A stretch of 64,000 bases of DNA from Trichosphaerium sp. ATCC 40318 (lineage: Eukaryota > Protista > Tubulinea). Below are positions 12,770 through 25,029 of the stretch, piece by piece. Numbering within the stretch: the first letter of the stretch is position 1; every line of letters begins with the position of its first letter. A model generated the notes under the pieces. It ran no database searches. It was given only the letters and a program-made list of their open reading frames with translations, and was not told where the DNA came from. The DNA lies in contig JALMLS010000489.1 in assembly GCA_038496445.1 (NCBI GenBank), forward strand, positions 1-64,000, written 5' to 3'. The position numbers were made by a program, and so were the translations under genes.

Positions 12770-13017
12770 TAGAGATGGTATGGAAAACTGAAATTGTTAA
12801 CACTTTTTGAAAAAAGAGCCAAAAGTGAAATATTTCAGAATTTACATTTCAATTTACAACAGTTTTTAGCAAAATTCTAAGCCAATTTTCGTACTCTATG
12901 CTCCTTGTAGAGCAACATAAAAAATTCAAATACCGGATATTATGTAAGTTGTGTTTGAAACAGAGAAGTTATAAAATTTCGTAATTTTCACTATTTCAGT
13001 TTCCCATACCATCTCTG
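12770..13017. mobile_element. short hAT-like MITE
   Basis: TIRs TAGAGATGGTATGGAAAACTGAAAT and ATTTCAGTTTCCCATACCATCTCTG. Flanks gttttgag / gttctaag resemble a decayed 8-bp TSD. Confidence 0.7.
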
Positions 13018-13313
13018 TTCTAAGGCCTTATTTAGTTTGTACTTCCACATTTCTTCCAAATCTTTAGACCCTCATAGTGCAATCAACTAAGAGTATGAGT
13101 TCAATTGATTGTAACAGTACGACTAGGTTACCCTTTGCAGCAATCTTGAATGTCAAATCAACATAAAATTTGGCTCGCTAACAAAAACGTACACCTTAAC
13201 TTAATGCGGTTTGATATAAGTTCATTCATCTCTGTAGAAGATCCTTTTTTCGTGTGAATTCCGAATACGATTTAATACGAGGAGGACGTTGTACTATAAA
13301 CACAAACACAAAA

Positions 13314-14709
13314 ATGGCTTCACCCATCAATATCACAACAGGAGGATGCTTTCAAAACTGTCACGATGTAGGTATATGCTTTGAAAGTACTTGCTCTTGT
13401 TTCCAAGGCCATGCAGGCAAATGGTATGGCCATAACGCTTAAAACAAACAAACCGAAAAAAAAAACGTGTTTCTTTTAACTCAAAAAATATAGGTGTCAG
13501 TATTCACCTTCAGGTACCCTTAATTCTATCCATATTACGCCTAAAATAAGTCGAAAGAAAATTTTATATGGGTATACAGCGTTGGTGTTGGATTATGGTT
13601 CATCATACTTACTATCTACGCGCTGTACGCGTAAAACAATGTTTAAAAGTTGGGCCTACTTTAACACATTTTTTTTGCCGTTAGTGTAGTACTTATCCGC
13701 AAAGGCATTCTACAAACTAGATTAACATCAAAATCGCTGTCAATCAAACTATTATGGATATTCATTGTATGTCTGTGCTTTGGTACGTATCTGCTCCTCG
13801 GAAAATGTTTCATACGGCCCACGTGGCTCTATCACGTATTGGTTGTAAAAATCATTTTCTAATAATAATTTAGCACGCGCTCTACTACAGACAGTAAATC
13901 CTTTGAATACCCGAAAAAGAGTGCCTTGGTTAGTGGAGAGCTTGTTATATACTGTCGGAACAGACTGTATGATGGCTAGCTTCGTGATAATTCTCAGACT
14001 GTGGTTAGAACACATAATTTGAAAAAAACAGTTCCTATTTACAACACATCTTGTAGGGCCCTAGTTGAGCCTAGACCTGGGTGGCTTGTACGTCAGTACA
14101 CTAGATGGATTTGTTGGGTATGGATAATAGGTATAAATCAGTTCTAGATGGCATATGAAGCCGTGTCTGACGTCTTTATTGTAGTCATCGTGTTCCTTGA
14201 AATATTTTTTGCTGGGTTCAGAAATATTGCTGAGGGACCTTTGAGAGCTATTGCTGTACTGCTATATAACATTTACATACTACTGTTCATTTTATTCACA
14301 ACTATTTGTTTGATAATCATTGGTGTTAAGACATACAGAACACTTAGTACTATCAAGGATATGTTTCGCGGTTTCAGGAGAAAGGTGAATGAACATGCTT
14401 TTTAACAGTTCACTAATCATATTTCTCGCTTAGTTGTTTCACATGATTCTATCAACAAGCATCTTAAGTTCAATCTTTTTATTTGCTCTTGTGTCATTCT
14501 CAGTTCTTGGACTGACTTTGTATCCACGTCAGCGTGAGAGTCATGTTTTATTCTTTGGTGTATTTACGCTATTATTTCGTGCTTTGGAGAGTGCTTATAT
14601 TCTTACAATCATATTCACAATGACTCCAGTAAAGAATTCAACTCCACAACCAAGCAGCAATGAGGTAAAAAATAATGAGACAATGGATAAAGCTTCAACC
14701 GTCATATAA
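13314..14709 (+). CDS. EGF-like domain + multi-pass (probably 7TM) membrane protein
   Basis: CFQNCHDVGICFESTCSCFQGHAGKW|C has EGF-type Cys spacing. It is followed by several hydrophobic exons (ORFs 14148-14405, 14434-14709). Confidence 0.6.
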
Positions 14710-14940
14710 CAAAACAGAAAAAAATAAGAAGACCGATTTTATATATTAGTTTTTACTCTGATAATTAAAACAATTTTTTAGGTACGCACAAAAACTGGAA
14801 GCGAGGTTGGAACAGCAAGATCAACAGGAAATTATCGCGACAGTACTACTGAAAATACCGTAAACACTGTATAAAACAAAAATACGTTCTTTATAAGCGC
14901 ACAAACCGTGTATAGTTCTTTTTTAGCTCAAGCAAAAATG

Positions 14941-17253
14941 TCATTTGAAAAACTTGTTGTTTGGTACCAGAAGTGGTTTCTTTCCTTCTGCATCAATACT
15001 ACACTTAATATCTGGCCTGTAAACTCGATAAATAAATAAATACTTTGTAACTCTAGAAAACACGTGCCTGAAATGATTAAGTGTTGCAACAATACTCTTC
15101 TTATCTTTATTATCCCACCAATACGGAATATGTATTAAAGTCACACCAGCACCTTCAAGATGCTTTTTTTTATCACTATCACTTCTTTGTTGTAAAACAC
15201 TAGGTCCATAGTTTCCTATAACGTCAGAAAAATGATGTTCTCCTAAAGAAACAATAAACAAAAGTATCATTGAAAATAAACAGACAGTTACTTGCAAAGA
15301 ACTTTTCCTCCAAAAAAAAAAGAGGATTGAGCAAACACTCACTATTGTTTTACCTTGGTATTCAATTGCGATATTGAATTTTGGTATAAAAATATCTACA
15401 ATAATCTTTGATTTGTTAACGGCTCCAACTATATCTGTAAGATTACACTCTTCCTTCATCTCTATGTCAGGTAGTATACTTCTCATTGCTGCCAATAAAT
15501 GCCTAAATAAATGATGTGAACTTATTGGAGATTAAGAAAGCCCATACATTTGATTTGTTTTTTTGTTCTTTTCCTGAAACAGCACATTTTGCCATTCGAG
15601 TTCTGGATACATCTTTTTGAGTATCATCTTGTATTTACCATTTTCAGCAAGTCCACCACCGCCATATGCCTTTATATCATTCTTACCTACTCTATGCCAA
15701 TCATGTGGTTCTTTGATGCCAAGAACATCCTCTAGACCTTAAAATAACAAAGAGTATTAGCCAAAACAAAACAGATGCAAATATGTACTCTTCATAAACT
15801 GTATGGAGTTTTCTTCCTTATCCCAGTATCCATTTGGTACTCGTCTATGATAAATTAATCATTTGTGTATAACTACATAACACATAGTGTTAACATACAT
15901 AAACTTTCGTATAGTCCAGTTATATTCAGGGAATATTGCTGCTAACATATCGACAAGAGATCCGTTGTAACTGTATAGAAACAATTAATCACATTTGAAC
16001 TTCTTTAAGCCCTCGTACTGTCTGACAACCCCTGATCCTCCTTTCAATTTGATCTTTTCAATGGTACATTTATACCAATCACTTGAAACCTTATAATTCA
16101 ATGCTTTGGCAATATAATCAAGAGTGTCCCTTTGAACATGACGTTCTCTCCATAATTTCGAGCAAGTTCTAAATTGAGATACGTCCCATGTATATTGTGG
16201 ATAAATACTTGGAAGTGCTTTATGAAGTAACCAATCATACCTTAATACAAGAGATTTGTTAAGAAGAGACTAGTAATTCAAAACGCACTTGATAGCTACA
16301 ATTGTTCCTCCACCATGTTTCCTAACATCCTTCACAGACACATTGTACCAATCAGTGTATAATTTAACGCCTAGAGACATCGCTATTGTGTCAAACTTTT
16401 TCCTTTGATTATCCAAGCTATCCCAATATTGTTTTGGTGCTCTACTACAAAGAGAGTTACAATCAAACACATTTAGAGCATTGATACTTAAAAATACAAA
16501 TTCAAAGACGAACCTGAACCGCCATGGCTGCCAATTGTAATTTGGGTAAATGGTTTCTACTGCTTTAGCAAGAGATTCTTCAAAACTATGACTACTTAAT
16601 TGCAGCATTACAGTAATCAAACTTACTGAGCAAGTACACTATTTCCTCCTTCATGGACAATATCACGTGTATGAACATTGTACCAATCACACAATGTCTT
16701 GATACTCATAATCTCTCCTATACGATCCAACTTTACACTCACAGGCATACCCAAAGGCCACAACGATGCAAGTGGCTTCCTAAAATGTAAACAGAGTCAA
16801 ACGCTTTGTGTATAAACAAAGAGTACTCACTTGAAACGCAATGTTGCCCATTTCTTTTTAGGATAGTTTACAACCAAAGCATCTTGCACGGAATTTTTAT
16901 ACCTTACAAAACCGGTTAGGTGTTGTCTGTCAGTGTGCACGTGACAAAAAAAAGTGAAAAGCACATACATGCTTAGTAGAGCAACCCCTCCTTGTACACC
17001 ATGTATTTTGCTACGCGTTATAGTATAGTAATCGTCTAGAATCATAACTCGCAGTTTTGGTGCGATTGTGCTTTCGAAAAACTGTCGGTGTTCAGTCCAT
17101 TCGCTTTTGTAGTCTGATTTCTGTCGTTTTATTACAATGACGCTGGTGTTTACGCGTTTGTACGCTAATTTAGTTAATGAAGTGTTAAACGTTAAGTTTT
17201 AGTATTCGCGTACCATTTCGGAACGATTTAAACGGTTTTTGAAGAATTTGCAT
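14941..17253 (-). CDS. 'DWY'-repeat protein (five ~68-aa repeats) with C-terminal PD-(D/E)xK / RAP-like nuclease domain; putative mitochondrial presequence
   Basis: Repeat example: PKQYWDSLDNQRKKFDTIAMSLGVKLYTDWYNVSVKDVRKHGGG..YDWLLHKALPSIYPQYTW. C-terminus VDIFIPKFNIAIEYQGEHH..DSDKKKHLEGAGVTLIHIPYWWD. N-terminus MQILQKPFKSFRNAYKRVNTSVIVIKRQK. Confidence 0.75.
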
Positions 17254-17527
17254 TCTATACGACAGTTGTTGTCACGAAATAGTTTCCAAGCGGTGAAAAT
17301 CATCACAACGCGTACCAAGCAACTCAACCAGCTTGTTTACAAAATCACCAACAGCAAAAAAAAAAGCGCTTAACCTAGCAATTGTAGCTTAACAGTACTT
17401 GTAAATTTTGAACGCAAACGCGAAGAAATTTATAGTGACAAGAAAAATAAACTAACCAACATGCACTAAAACGTCATTACAGCAACCCAAGATAAAACAA
17501 AACATTTTTATTTGACATGTCAAAAAT

Positions 17528-18532
17528 TCAAAAGCTACTGCTTCTCTTTCGTTTAATCATATGTTCATTATGTATCTTATGTCCAAGCATATCCGCATGG
17601 CCTGATGGAGAAGGGACCGCACTATAGTGCCTATTGAAACGCTCCAAGTATGGCAATGACTTGAGGGATAGAAAATCATCATAAAATGTGTCAACATCAG
17701 CAATCCGTAATTGTCTCCAATTTTTAAGTATCACAGGTGACAAAACCTTGCCATAGGTTGTTTTAGTCCTCGTTTCCCATTCCCCTTTAAAATAGAATTC
17801 TTGGATATTTGGAATAGCTTTGAATAGCCAAGTCCAAACCTTTACTTGTCTAGTATCATGTAGAAGCATTGAAAGAACTGTTATATTTGGAAATAAAACA
17901 GGGTTTTGTGTTAGGTTAAATGCTCCTCCTTCTATTCTGATGTGTTGAACTTGTGGTGATATAAGTAATAGTTTATATACAGTTGAAGATTCTGTGCCAA
18001 TGAAGTCTATTCGTGTAAGATTTGTCAATGGAACACTTGTTACAGTGCTCAAAATATTTGATTTCTTTCTCGGTGGGGACTTAACTTGTAGCCATTGCAG
18101 AGAAGGTGTTGCTCTTAAAATTTCTTCTAGCGGTATTAGTTCCCCCTTGTTTGTTGGTTGAACAGTCGATACCCTAACCAAAGAAACCATATTTGGTAAA
18201 TCGATATCGTAAACATCTTTGGGTTTAATACTTAACTTTACCATCGGCTTGAGAAGTTTTTGTAGCTGAGACACGTGGGTTGAAGGTATTTCGCAACTAT
18301 TGTATTCTACACACAAAGAATTGTCTCTGTATTCTACTCTTTGCGTAAGGAGGTCTTTAAGAGATACTATAGCTTGAGGTTTTAAATAAAAATGGTTTTG
18401 CCATTCTCTACACACCGCACAAGCCGCTGCACGTGTTCGCAGAGATAAATAATCGCGTAACAAGTAAATTATCAGTTGGCTTGGCTTTAATGTTGAAGAA
18501 TACTTGTATTGAAGATCCGCGTTTAATTGCAT
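17528..18532 (-). CDS. F-box + degenerate LRR protein (intronless)
   Basis: 334-aa ORF. IYLLRDYLSLRTRAAACAVCREWQ is F-box-like. LRR-like units PSLQWLQV, NLTRIDF, PNIQEFYF. Confidence 0.65.
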   Translation of the reverse strand: MQLNADLQYKYSSTLKPSQLIIYLLRDYLSLRTRAAACAVCREWQNHFYLKPQAIVSLKDLLTQRVEYRDNSLCVEYNSCEIPSTHVSQLQKLLKPMVKLSIKPKDVYDIDLPNMVSLVRVSTVQPTNKGELIPLEEILRATPSLQWLQVKSPPRKKSNILSTVTSVPLTNLTRIDFIGTESSTVYKLLLISPQVQHIRIEGGAFNLTQNPVLFPNITVLSMLLHDTRQVKVWTWLFKAIPNIQEFYFKGEWETRTKTTYGKVLSPVILKNWRQLRIADVDTFYDDFLSLKSLPYLERFNRHYSAVPSPSGHADMLGHKIHNEHMIKRKRSSSF

Positions 18533-18734
18533 GCTTAAACTCGTGATATTGTATTCTATGTACTACTTTGTATTTGGTGTTGCACAACTTTTAACACAGT
18601 CAACGGTATTAAACACACTTGGGCACTAACGGGCAACAGTGCGTTCTACGAAGTTAAATACCTCAAGATAATCGTGGCAAAGTGTACAAGTTTAGGAGGC
18701 GTTTTTATTTTACATGTGCTTCGGTTTTCGTGGT

Positions 18735-20467
18735 TCATGAAAATTCGGCAACAAAAGCAGGTAGTACAGAACGTTCATCAGGTACTATAACAAGCTCTTT
18801 AGTGTGACTCAAGGAAAACCTAAAACACGTCGTTAACAAAATACAAAGCGAAAGAAACAAATCAAAATACCTTTCTGGTAGTGCTACAACACAACACAAT
18901 ACACACTCTGCAACGGATTCATATGCCAAAGCTGAACTGGGTTTTATGGAAAGTATTAATTCTAAGGAACCAGTCAATAAGGCCGTGTTGTTAAAATAAA
19001 CAAATATCTCTCGATTCTTTTTTACCTTTGTCTAATCCAAACTCGTCTTTTTCCTTGCTCATACCATTTTGTAATATACTTGCAAGTCTTGATCGTGTGC
19101 AGCCATAATATCTATAAGAAAACATGAGTAATCACATAAATAGTTTGTTTCCAGTTATAAATCAAAACAAGTGAAGTACACATACGCAATTATTGGTGTT
19201 GCTCTGATGTTATTTTTGCTCAGGTCTCCTGTATGCTTTTCGTATTTATCTAATAAGGGGTAAATGAAATGCAATGATAAAGTATAAACTATATTGTACC
19301 TTTGTTAGGTTTAAAAGTAACATTATGAACGCTTACAAGCTTAACATCGCTCGTTTCGAAATCTTCTTTAATTTTTGTTTTTGCATTTGGGAAATCAGCG
19401 TCAACATCAAAAGCTAGTTGTTTGGATTCTGTCTTCTTCACTGGTTTTTTATTTTTCTTAACTGATGGTTTCGGTTTTCGCCTATAATTGTTTTGTCTTT
19501 GTTTATCAGAGTCTGTAAAAAAACAGGGTAAACAACTAAGACAAAAGTAGAGAAAAAAATGAGAATACTTACCATGAATAATCAGAGTCGTATTTTTACC
19601 AACAACTCTCTCAACTACATATGGGGATCCCTCTTTGGGTGTTTGTAGCTTGAACTCAGAAAATGTTGTTCCAGGAACAGAGGATTTGTATGTGGAAGAA
19701 GTCTTAAAAATAGTTAGTTTTCTTGATTGTAACCACGTCAAAAAAAAACCTCGCAAACATTATACCTGATTAACAAAGTACTTATTCTCCTCTTCTTGCA
19801 ACTTCATAGCAAGTGCAAGATCAGAATCATGGGTTGAATCTTGTTGAAGGGCAGCAGCAATAGCCTAAATATATCAGCAAGGACTTGATAAATGATAATA
19901 AAAAAACACAACAAACCACTTACAATTGCATTTTTCTTAGCCACTTGAGCTTCTAAATGCTCATGTACAGCTTTACGATACCACTCTATATCATCACCAT
20001 TCACAAAAGCAAATGAAAGAGGCTCTTCAGGAGTAACAAAATCTTGTATAATGTCCTCAGCCACAACTTTAGTAGTTGTCTCTTTTTTTTCAGCTTCACC
20101 AGCTGTTTGCATTTGTACCAAAATAGCAGCTAGTTCATCGTCCGTTGGGTTTTTAAGCTCCTAAAACGACAGTTGTGAATAAAAGCGTTGTTTTAAACGT
20201 GAGTTCTACGCCGTTTGGACGCAAACGTAATAAGCGTACTTTTAGTGGTTGTTTTTTATTGCTTGGTCGTTGCGTTAGAGTATCCATTGCTGTGTTTATG
20301 TCTCCTCCAGCTTTTAGAAGTACTGAAGTTAAATCATCTAACGTGGAGTTCGGAAATAGCTCTGATAGCTGTAATACCTGTACGAATACGTTTTAGGCTA
20401 ACACTACTTTTGAGCTCTACAAATTCTAGCGTACACTATTAAAATCAACTTTCTTACGCCTGGACAT
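18735..20467 (-). CDS. CUE/UIM-like protein with degenerate PARP-like (ART-fold) C-terminus
   Basis: CUE-like LPNSTLDDLTSVLLKAGGDINTAMDTL and UIM-like DSDLALAMKLQEEE. C-terminus SILQNGM..FG..CVLCCVALP..ELVIVPDERSVLPAFVAEF resembles PARP catalytic strands. Confidence 0.55.
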
Positions 20468-20746
20468 ACGCTTGTGCCGATATTTTGTGCTTGCATAAAT
20501 AAAGTAAAAAACACAAATTACTACAAACGCCATTCAACAAAAATCGTTCAGAATTTCCACATTTTTTTAAATATCGCCTTTACACCATTTCTACACCATC
20601 CGCGCTCATTATTTAGAGTAAAGACATGCACTTAATCATAATGACTTCGGGGGGATAGAGAACAGCAAATTTGCAGAAAAATGTCAAACAAGAAATAGCG
20701 ATTTTTTTATTTAGAGCAAGTAGTATACCATTGTTTTAAGACGCAT

Positions 20747-21739
20747 CTAGTCACCCTTGTTATCTGGGAAGCGTCTGTGAAACTCATCAACGAGAGCCTC
20801 GTTCATTGACTCATCTTCGTTAGTAAAACGAACATCAATAGGACCAAAATCAGGGTTCTCATCAAAATACTTCATTGCTGTGTCAAACAACAATTTGGCA
20901 CACTCAGATTTATCCATACCTTCCATACCATCTAGCCTACGCATGAACATGTTAGAATAGAAAATGGGTGTATAATTGGAGATAATAAAACGTACTCAGC
21001 ACCAAGTGCAGGAAGAGCGATACTGTCACATCTCAAATCTTTGGATTGACGAATAGAGTTCCTAAACGATCCGTTAGATCTCTAATTTACAGCGATGAAA
21101 CAATGGTAAAGAAATCCGTACCAAACTGACATTTTGAGGTAGTATTCAAAAATGTCACCTTTTACTTCCTCCCATTGAGGTGTAACAGCGTGGATTATGA
21201 AATCTTGGCGTAAAGCACCTCCAGAAGTTACTACAAAGGGTTAATAAGCCGGCTTTTTGAAGTTACATTAAAAAAAACCGCCAATGCTTTTTAAATTATG
21301 CATAGAGCAAACACTGTTGTGAGTTTAACGTACCTGCTACCTCTCCTTGTACCAACTTTCGCTTCTTGTCAGAAATAACGTCTTCGCTTTCCTCTACAAT
21401 AATATCGCCGGCTTTGTCTACAATCTCTTTTGCCAAACCGTCTTCGTGGTTGAGGTCGACTATTTCGTTGTAAATAATGCGAAAAAGGTTGCACCGCGCT
21501 TACCAGTTGCAGGAGATACAATTACATCAGTGTTTTCTTCGGTGATATGCCCATCACGAACAGAAATTTTTTGGCCTGTAGGGAGTTGTTCAAGGACCAG
21601 TGTTTGAATGTAGCGCCTAGGTTACTAAGCATTTTGTTTGAACCATTTTATACTCGTACTGTTGTGTCCGTGTGCGCCTAGGCGTTCTAGAGTTGAATCG
21701 AGTTGGTGTGGCGCGAGAAAAGCATCTAGCAGCGAGCAT
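20747..21739 (-). CDS. macrodomain protein (degenerate active site), mitochondrial-presequence-like N-terminus
   Basis: VVVTSGGAL..FIIHAVTPQW and SIALPALG are macrodomain motifs. N-terminus MLAARCFSRATPTRFNSRTPRR. Confidence 0.75.
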
Positions 21740-21884
21740 TGTGTATTGTACAAAAAAACGCAGTGAAAAAAAAGTCTACTGCTTTCTACTTGCTTGTCAT
21801 TCGACGGTGTCAGACTAAAACGTCAACCACAATTACTTCAATAGTGTATTTACAACGCTACAATTACATTTTACTAAAGAGTCT

Positions 21885-23146
21885 TCAACCGCGTGCTGCG
21901 CTCAGCGGTTTCTCTTGTACTTGTGTGTTAATCCAGTTTATCATCTTGCCTTTTACTTCGCTACCAATGTTTGGGTCAAACTAAACGCCATTTAAATAAA
22001 TTAGGGGCAGAACAATTTTCGAAAAGATGAAACTTACCAACAAATTATGTGACCCTTCACCGTACTCTACAAACTCTTTTGTTTTTGATTTTACTCGTTT
22101 TATTAAATCCCTACTTGCTGACACAGGTATTGTATTATCGCGTGTACCATGCAATACAAGGAGAGGGAACTCAATTTTATCGATAATGGACTACAACAAA
22201 ATTCATAACTTTGACATTTTGTATCAGCGTACTTGTGCGTATTCTCCAAGCTCCAGCAAGCTCTTTCCAGTACCAAGGCGTAGAGGGTATGAATAACACA
22301 AAGGATCATTCTTGTATTCAAAGTACTCTTCATCATTGTAGAATCTATGACGTACTGGCTCAGGGCCCCATGCTAACCAACTACCACCAAGGTATACGAC
22401 CCACAAGAGGCATTCTTTGATAAACCAACTTGGTTCTATAGAATTAGCGATAGCAGGCGCAATGAATGCAACTCCCTTGAATCGTGACCATAATTCATTT
22501 TCTGGGTCTGGTACCTATCATTGAGGTGAGTCTGAAGCGCTCTGGCGCAGTTTTAATGGAAAAATATTCGTACATCTCTTTGTTGGATAGCGTATGCGGC
22601 TGCTATGCTAACAGCGCCACCCATTGATACTGCGGCAATGGAGAAGGGCAAATTTAGTAGGTGTTTTTCTACTGTGTATTAGTTTTAGCGATTATACTCC
22701 GTCTTACGCTGTAAAAAATGGTGCGTGACGTGAACAGCATCATCACGAAGGCTTTGCCACTCCGTAATGTGCCCACGCAAAAGATAGGACTCAGATGTTT
22801 TACCCCACCCTCGCTAGAAACGGGGTAAGTATTCAAGCGCATTGTTCAGAAATCAGACAGTATGAAAATTACTTATTTTAGACTGTTGTTTTATACTCAC
22901 CTGATCGTATGCTATGACGTACCACCCTTCGGAGGCGGCTGTTTTACAGAAGTCTACGTCCTTTGAGACACCTTTAGACAAACTACCTTAGTTTGGACTA
23001 TTTCGGTTTACTACCATACCTGAGTGGCTATTCATGCCGTGTAACCATAGTAATACTCCGCGCGGAGCGTCTGGGGCGTAGAGTCGTACAAATAACTTCT
23101 CTCCGTTAACATCTAACGTAGTAGTGTCTTCTCTAACGTTAGCCAT
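21885..23146 (-). CDS. alpha/beta hydrolase (monoglyceride lipase/lysophospholipase-like)
   Basis: Motifs LWLHGMNSHS, YDQRGWGKT, nucleophile AVSMGG, PLLVLHGTRD and GSHNLL. Confidence 0.85.
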
Positions 23147-23296
23147 GTGTTCTGTTTTTGAATTCTACTTGCTAGTGATTATGCTTAAAATTGCTCTCTT
23201 GTAGGTTTACAAGGTACTAGTGTATACAATAGTCTGTTTTGTTGAAATGGGGCTAAAGTTAAGTTGTGAATAGAAAAATATTAAGCGACGGTTTAA

Positions 23297-23667
23297 TTGT
23301 GGAGGCACTAAAACAAATAATATTTGCTTTGCTCCTTGAAGCAAGTCTCGAGGGTTTTAAGAATTCACGGACTTGCACTTTTCTTTTATTTTTCACGCGG
23401 ATTTTTCAATTTTGTCTGCACGTTTTTGAATTTAATTTCTACGAAATAACAAGTTTGTGACACCTTCTGAATGACTGTTTTGTATTGCATTACAATATGA
23501 GGCAGGGTGCCAATTGTTGTTTGTAATCAAAAACCCAAAATTGCGGAAAAACACAAAAATCCACGTGAAAAATAAAAGAAAAAGTGCAAGTCCGTGAATT
23601 CTTAAAACCCTCGAGACTTGCTTCAAAGAGCAAAGCAAATATTATTTATTAGTGCCTACACCCACAA
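23297..23667. mobile_element. long-TIR MITE (foldback-type)
   Basis: About 105-bp near-perfect inverted repeats (aggcacta...gcaagtctcgagggttttaagaattcacggacttgcactttt) around an ~150-bp core. TSD and exact ends are not resolved. Confidence 0.8.
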
Positions 23668-23740
23668 GTTAGGGTAATACATAGACAGCAGCAACAGACA
23701 CATGTTCCACGTGATTTACAATACCACATAAAACAGTTGA

Positions 23741-24811
23741 CTAAATGTGTTGAACCTTTGCACCTTTTAATGCATCGGTCCCAACTTTTGTTACATTTAC
23801 CATGCTTTTGAGTATGATATATCTAACACCAGCAAGCGCAGCAATACCTTCATCAGTAACGTTCATAAGACCAGCAAGAATAACAGTGTGAACACCGGCT
23901 AAAGCTTTTATGCCGTCGTCAGTAATCTTGTCAGCAAGAACCATGTCATAAATGTTAATTGAGTGAACACCTGCCAGCGCTTTAATACCTTTGTCAGTCA
24001 CTGAGGTACCCGCAATGTATACATTACGAACGCCTGATAAGTGCTTAACGCCCTCATCTGTTATTTGAGGGCATTTATGTAAGCTGATTCCGTATGCGCC
24101 TGAGAACACTTTAAGATCTTCATCTCGTATGTTTGTTCTGTTGAAGTGGACTGTATGGACACCAGCAAGCGCCTGAAAGGCACCAGGATCAATCCGATTG
24201 CAACTATGTAGATAAATAGTGTGCACTCCTGCCAGAGCTTCGATGCTTTCTGCAGATATCTTTGGACAGTAGGCGAGGTTAATCTTGTGAACTCCAGCTA
24301 ATGCTTTAATACCCTCTCCTGTTATCTCTTTACAACGTGTGAGATTTATTTCGTGAACTCCAGCGAGTGCCTGAAGTGTAGAATCATGTATGTTCAGCCC
24401 ACAGAGGTTGATTGTATCGCCTGCCAAAGACGTAATATATGTCTCGTTCAGCATTTGATGTTGAAGAATTGAAATATCAAGGTACTTAGCACCAGCTAGT
24501 TTGGCTAAATACCCTTGCCACATCATCTTGTAGACTATCTTTGTATGTCTCATCACACCCTTATGATGTGATATAGTGTCAACATGTGAAGGATCTGACA
24601 CTATGGCTTTGACGTAGCCAACAACGTTATGAATAATATCCGAGAACAGTCGGTTTATTTGAACCAACTTGTATCGGACGTCGTCTTGAGACGTTTGAGC
24701 AACCAGCGTTATTAATTCATTGGGAAGCTCCAGTATATTTTCGCAGGCGTGTAAAGTGATGCTAGAGCGTATTAGTATGCGTAATAATCTGAAGTGTGTA
24801 TTTTCTGTCAT
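23741..24811 (-). CDS. F-box + LRR protein with 'LAGVH' repeats (intronless)
   Basis: ILELPNELITLVA F-box. About ten ~22-aa repeats ITDEGIKALAGVHTIxL. Confidence 0.8.
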   Translation of the reverse strand: MTENTHFRLLRILIRSSITLHACENILELPNELITLVAQTSQDDVRYKLVQINRLFSDIIHNVVGYVKAIVSDPSHVDTISHHKGVMRHTKIVYKMMWQGYLAKLAGAKYLDISILQHQMLNETYITSLAGDTINLCGLNIHDSTLQALAGVHEINLTRCKEITGEGIKALAGVHKINLAYCPKISAESIEALAGVHTIYLHSCNRIDPGAFQALAGVHTVHFNRTNIRDEDLKVFSGAYGISLHKCPQITDEGVKHLSGVRNVYIAGTSVTDKGIKALAGVHSINIYDMVLADKITDDGIKALAGVHTVILAGLMNVTDEGIAALAGVRYIILKSMVNVTKVGTDALKGAKVQHI

Positions 24812-25029
24812 GGTTGTAAGTTGGAGTGAGGTTAAAATCCCCGCTCTTTGGGAAAAAATCCCCGCGCGTGGATTTTGAACTGTCGGGTGGTTGTTTCGTT
24901 AATATGTTTTACAGTTTTTTGTACCATTTCACATGATAAAGAAACAACAATGGTAATAATTATGGAATAAATAAGTACACATTACGTTAAACCAAAAATT
25001 TATTTGTACATATTTGAGTAGTCAACACG

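Noticed and set aside
6902-24811. Endogenous giant-virus segment
   Set aside because: No capsid, polymerase, packaging ATPase or other core viral gene was seen, and the virus-like genes are interleaved with intron-rich host genes.
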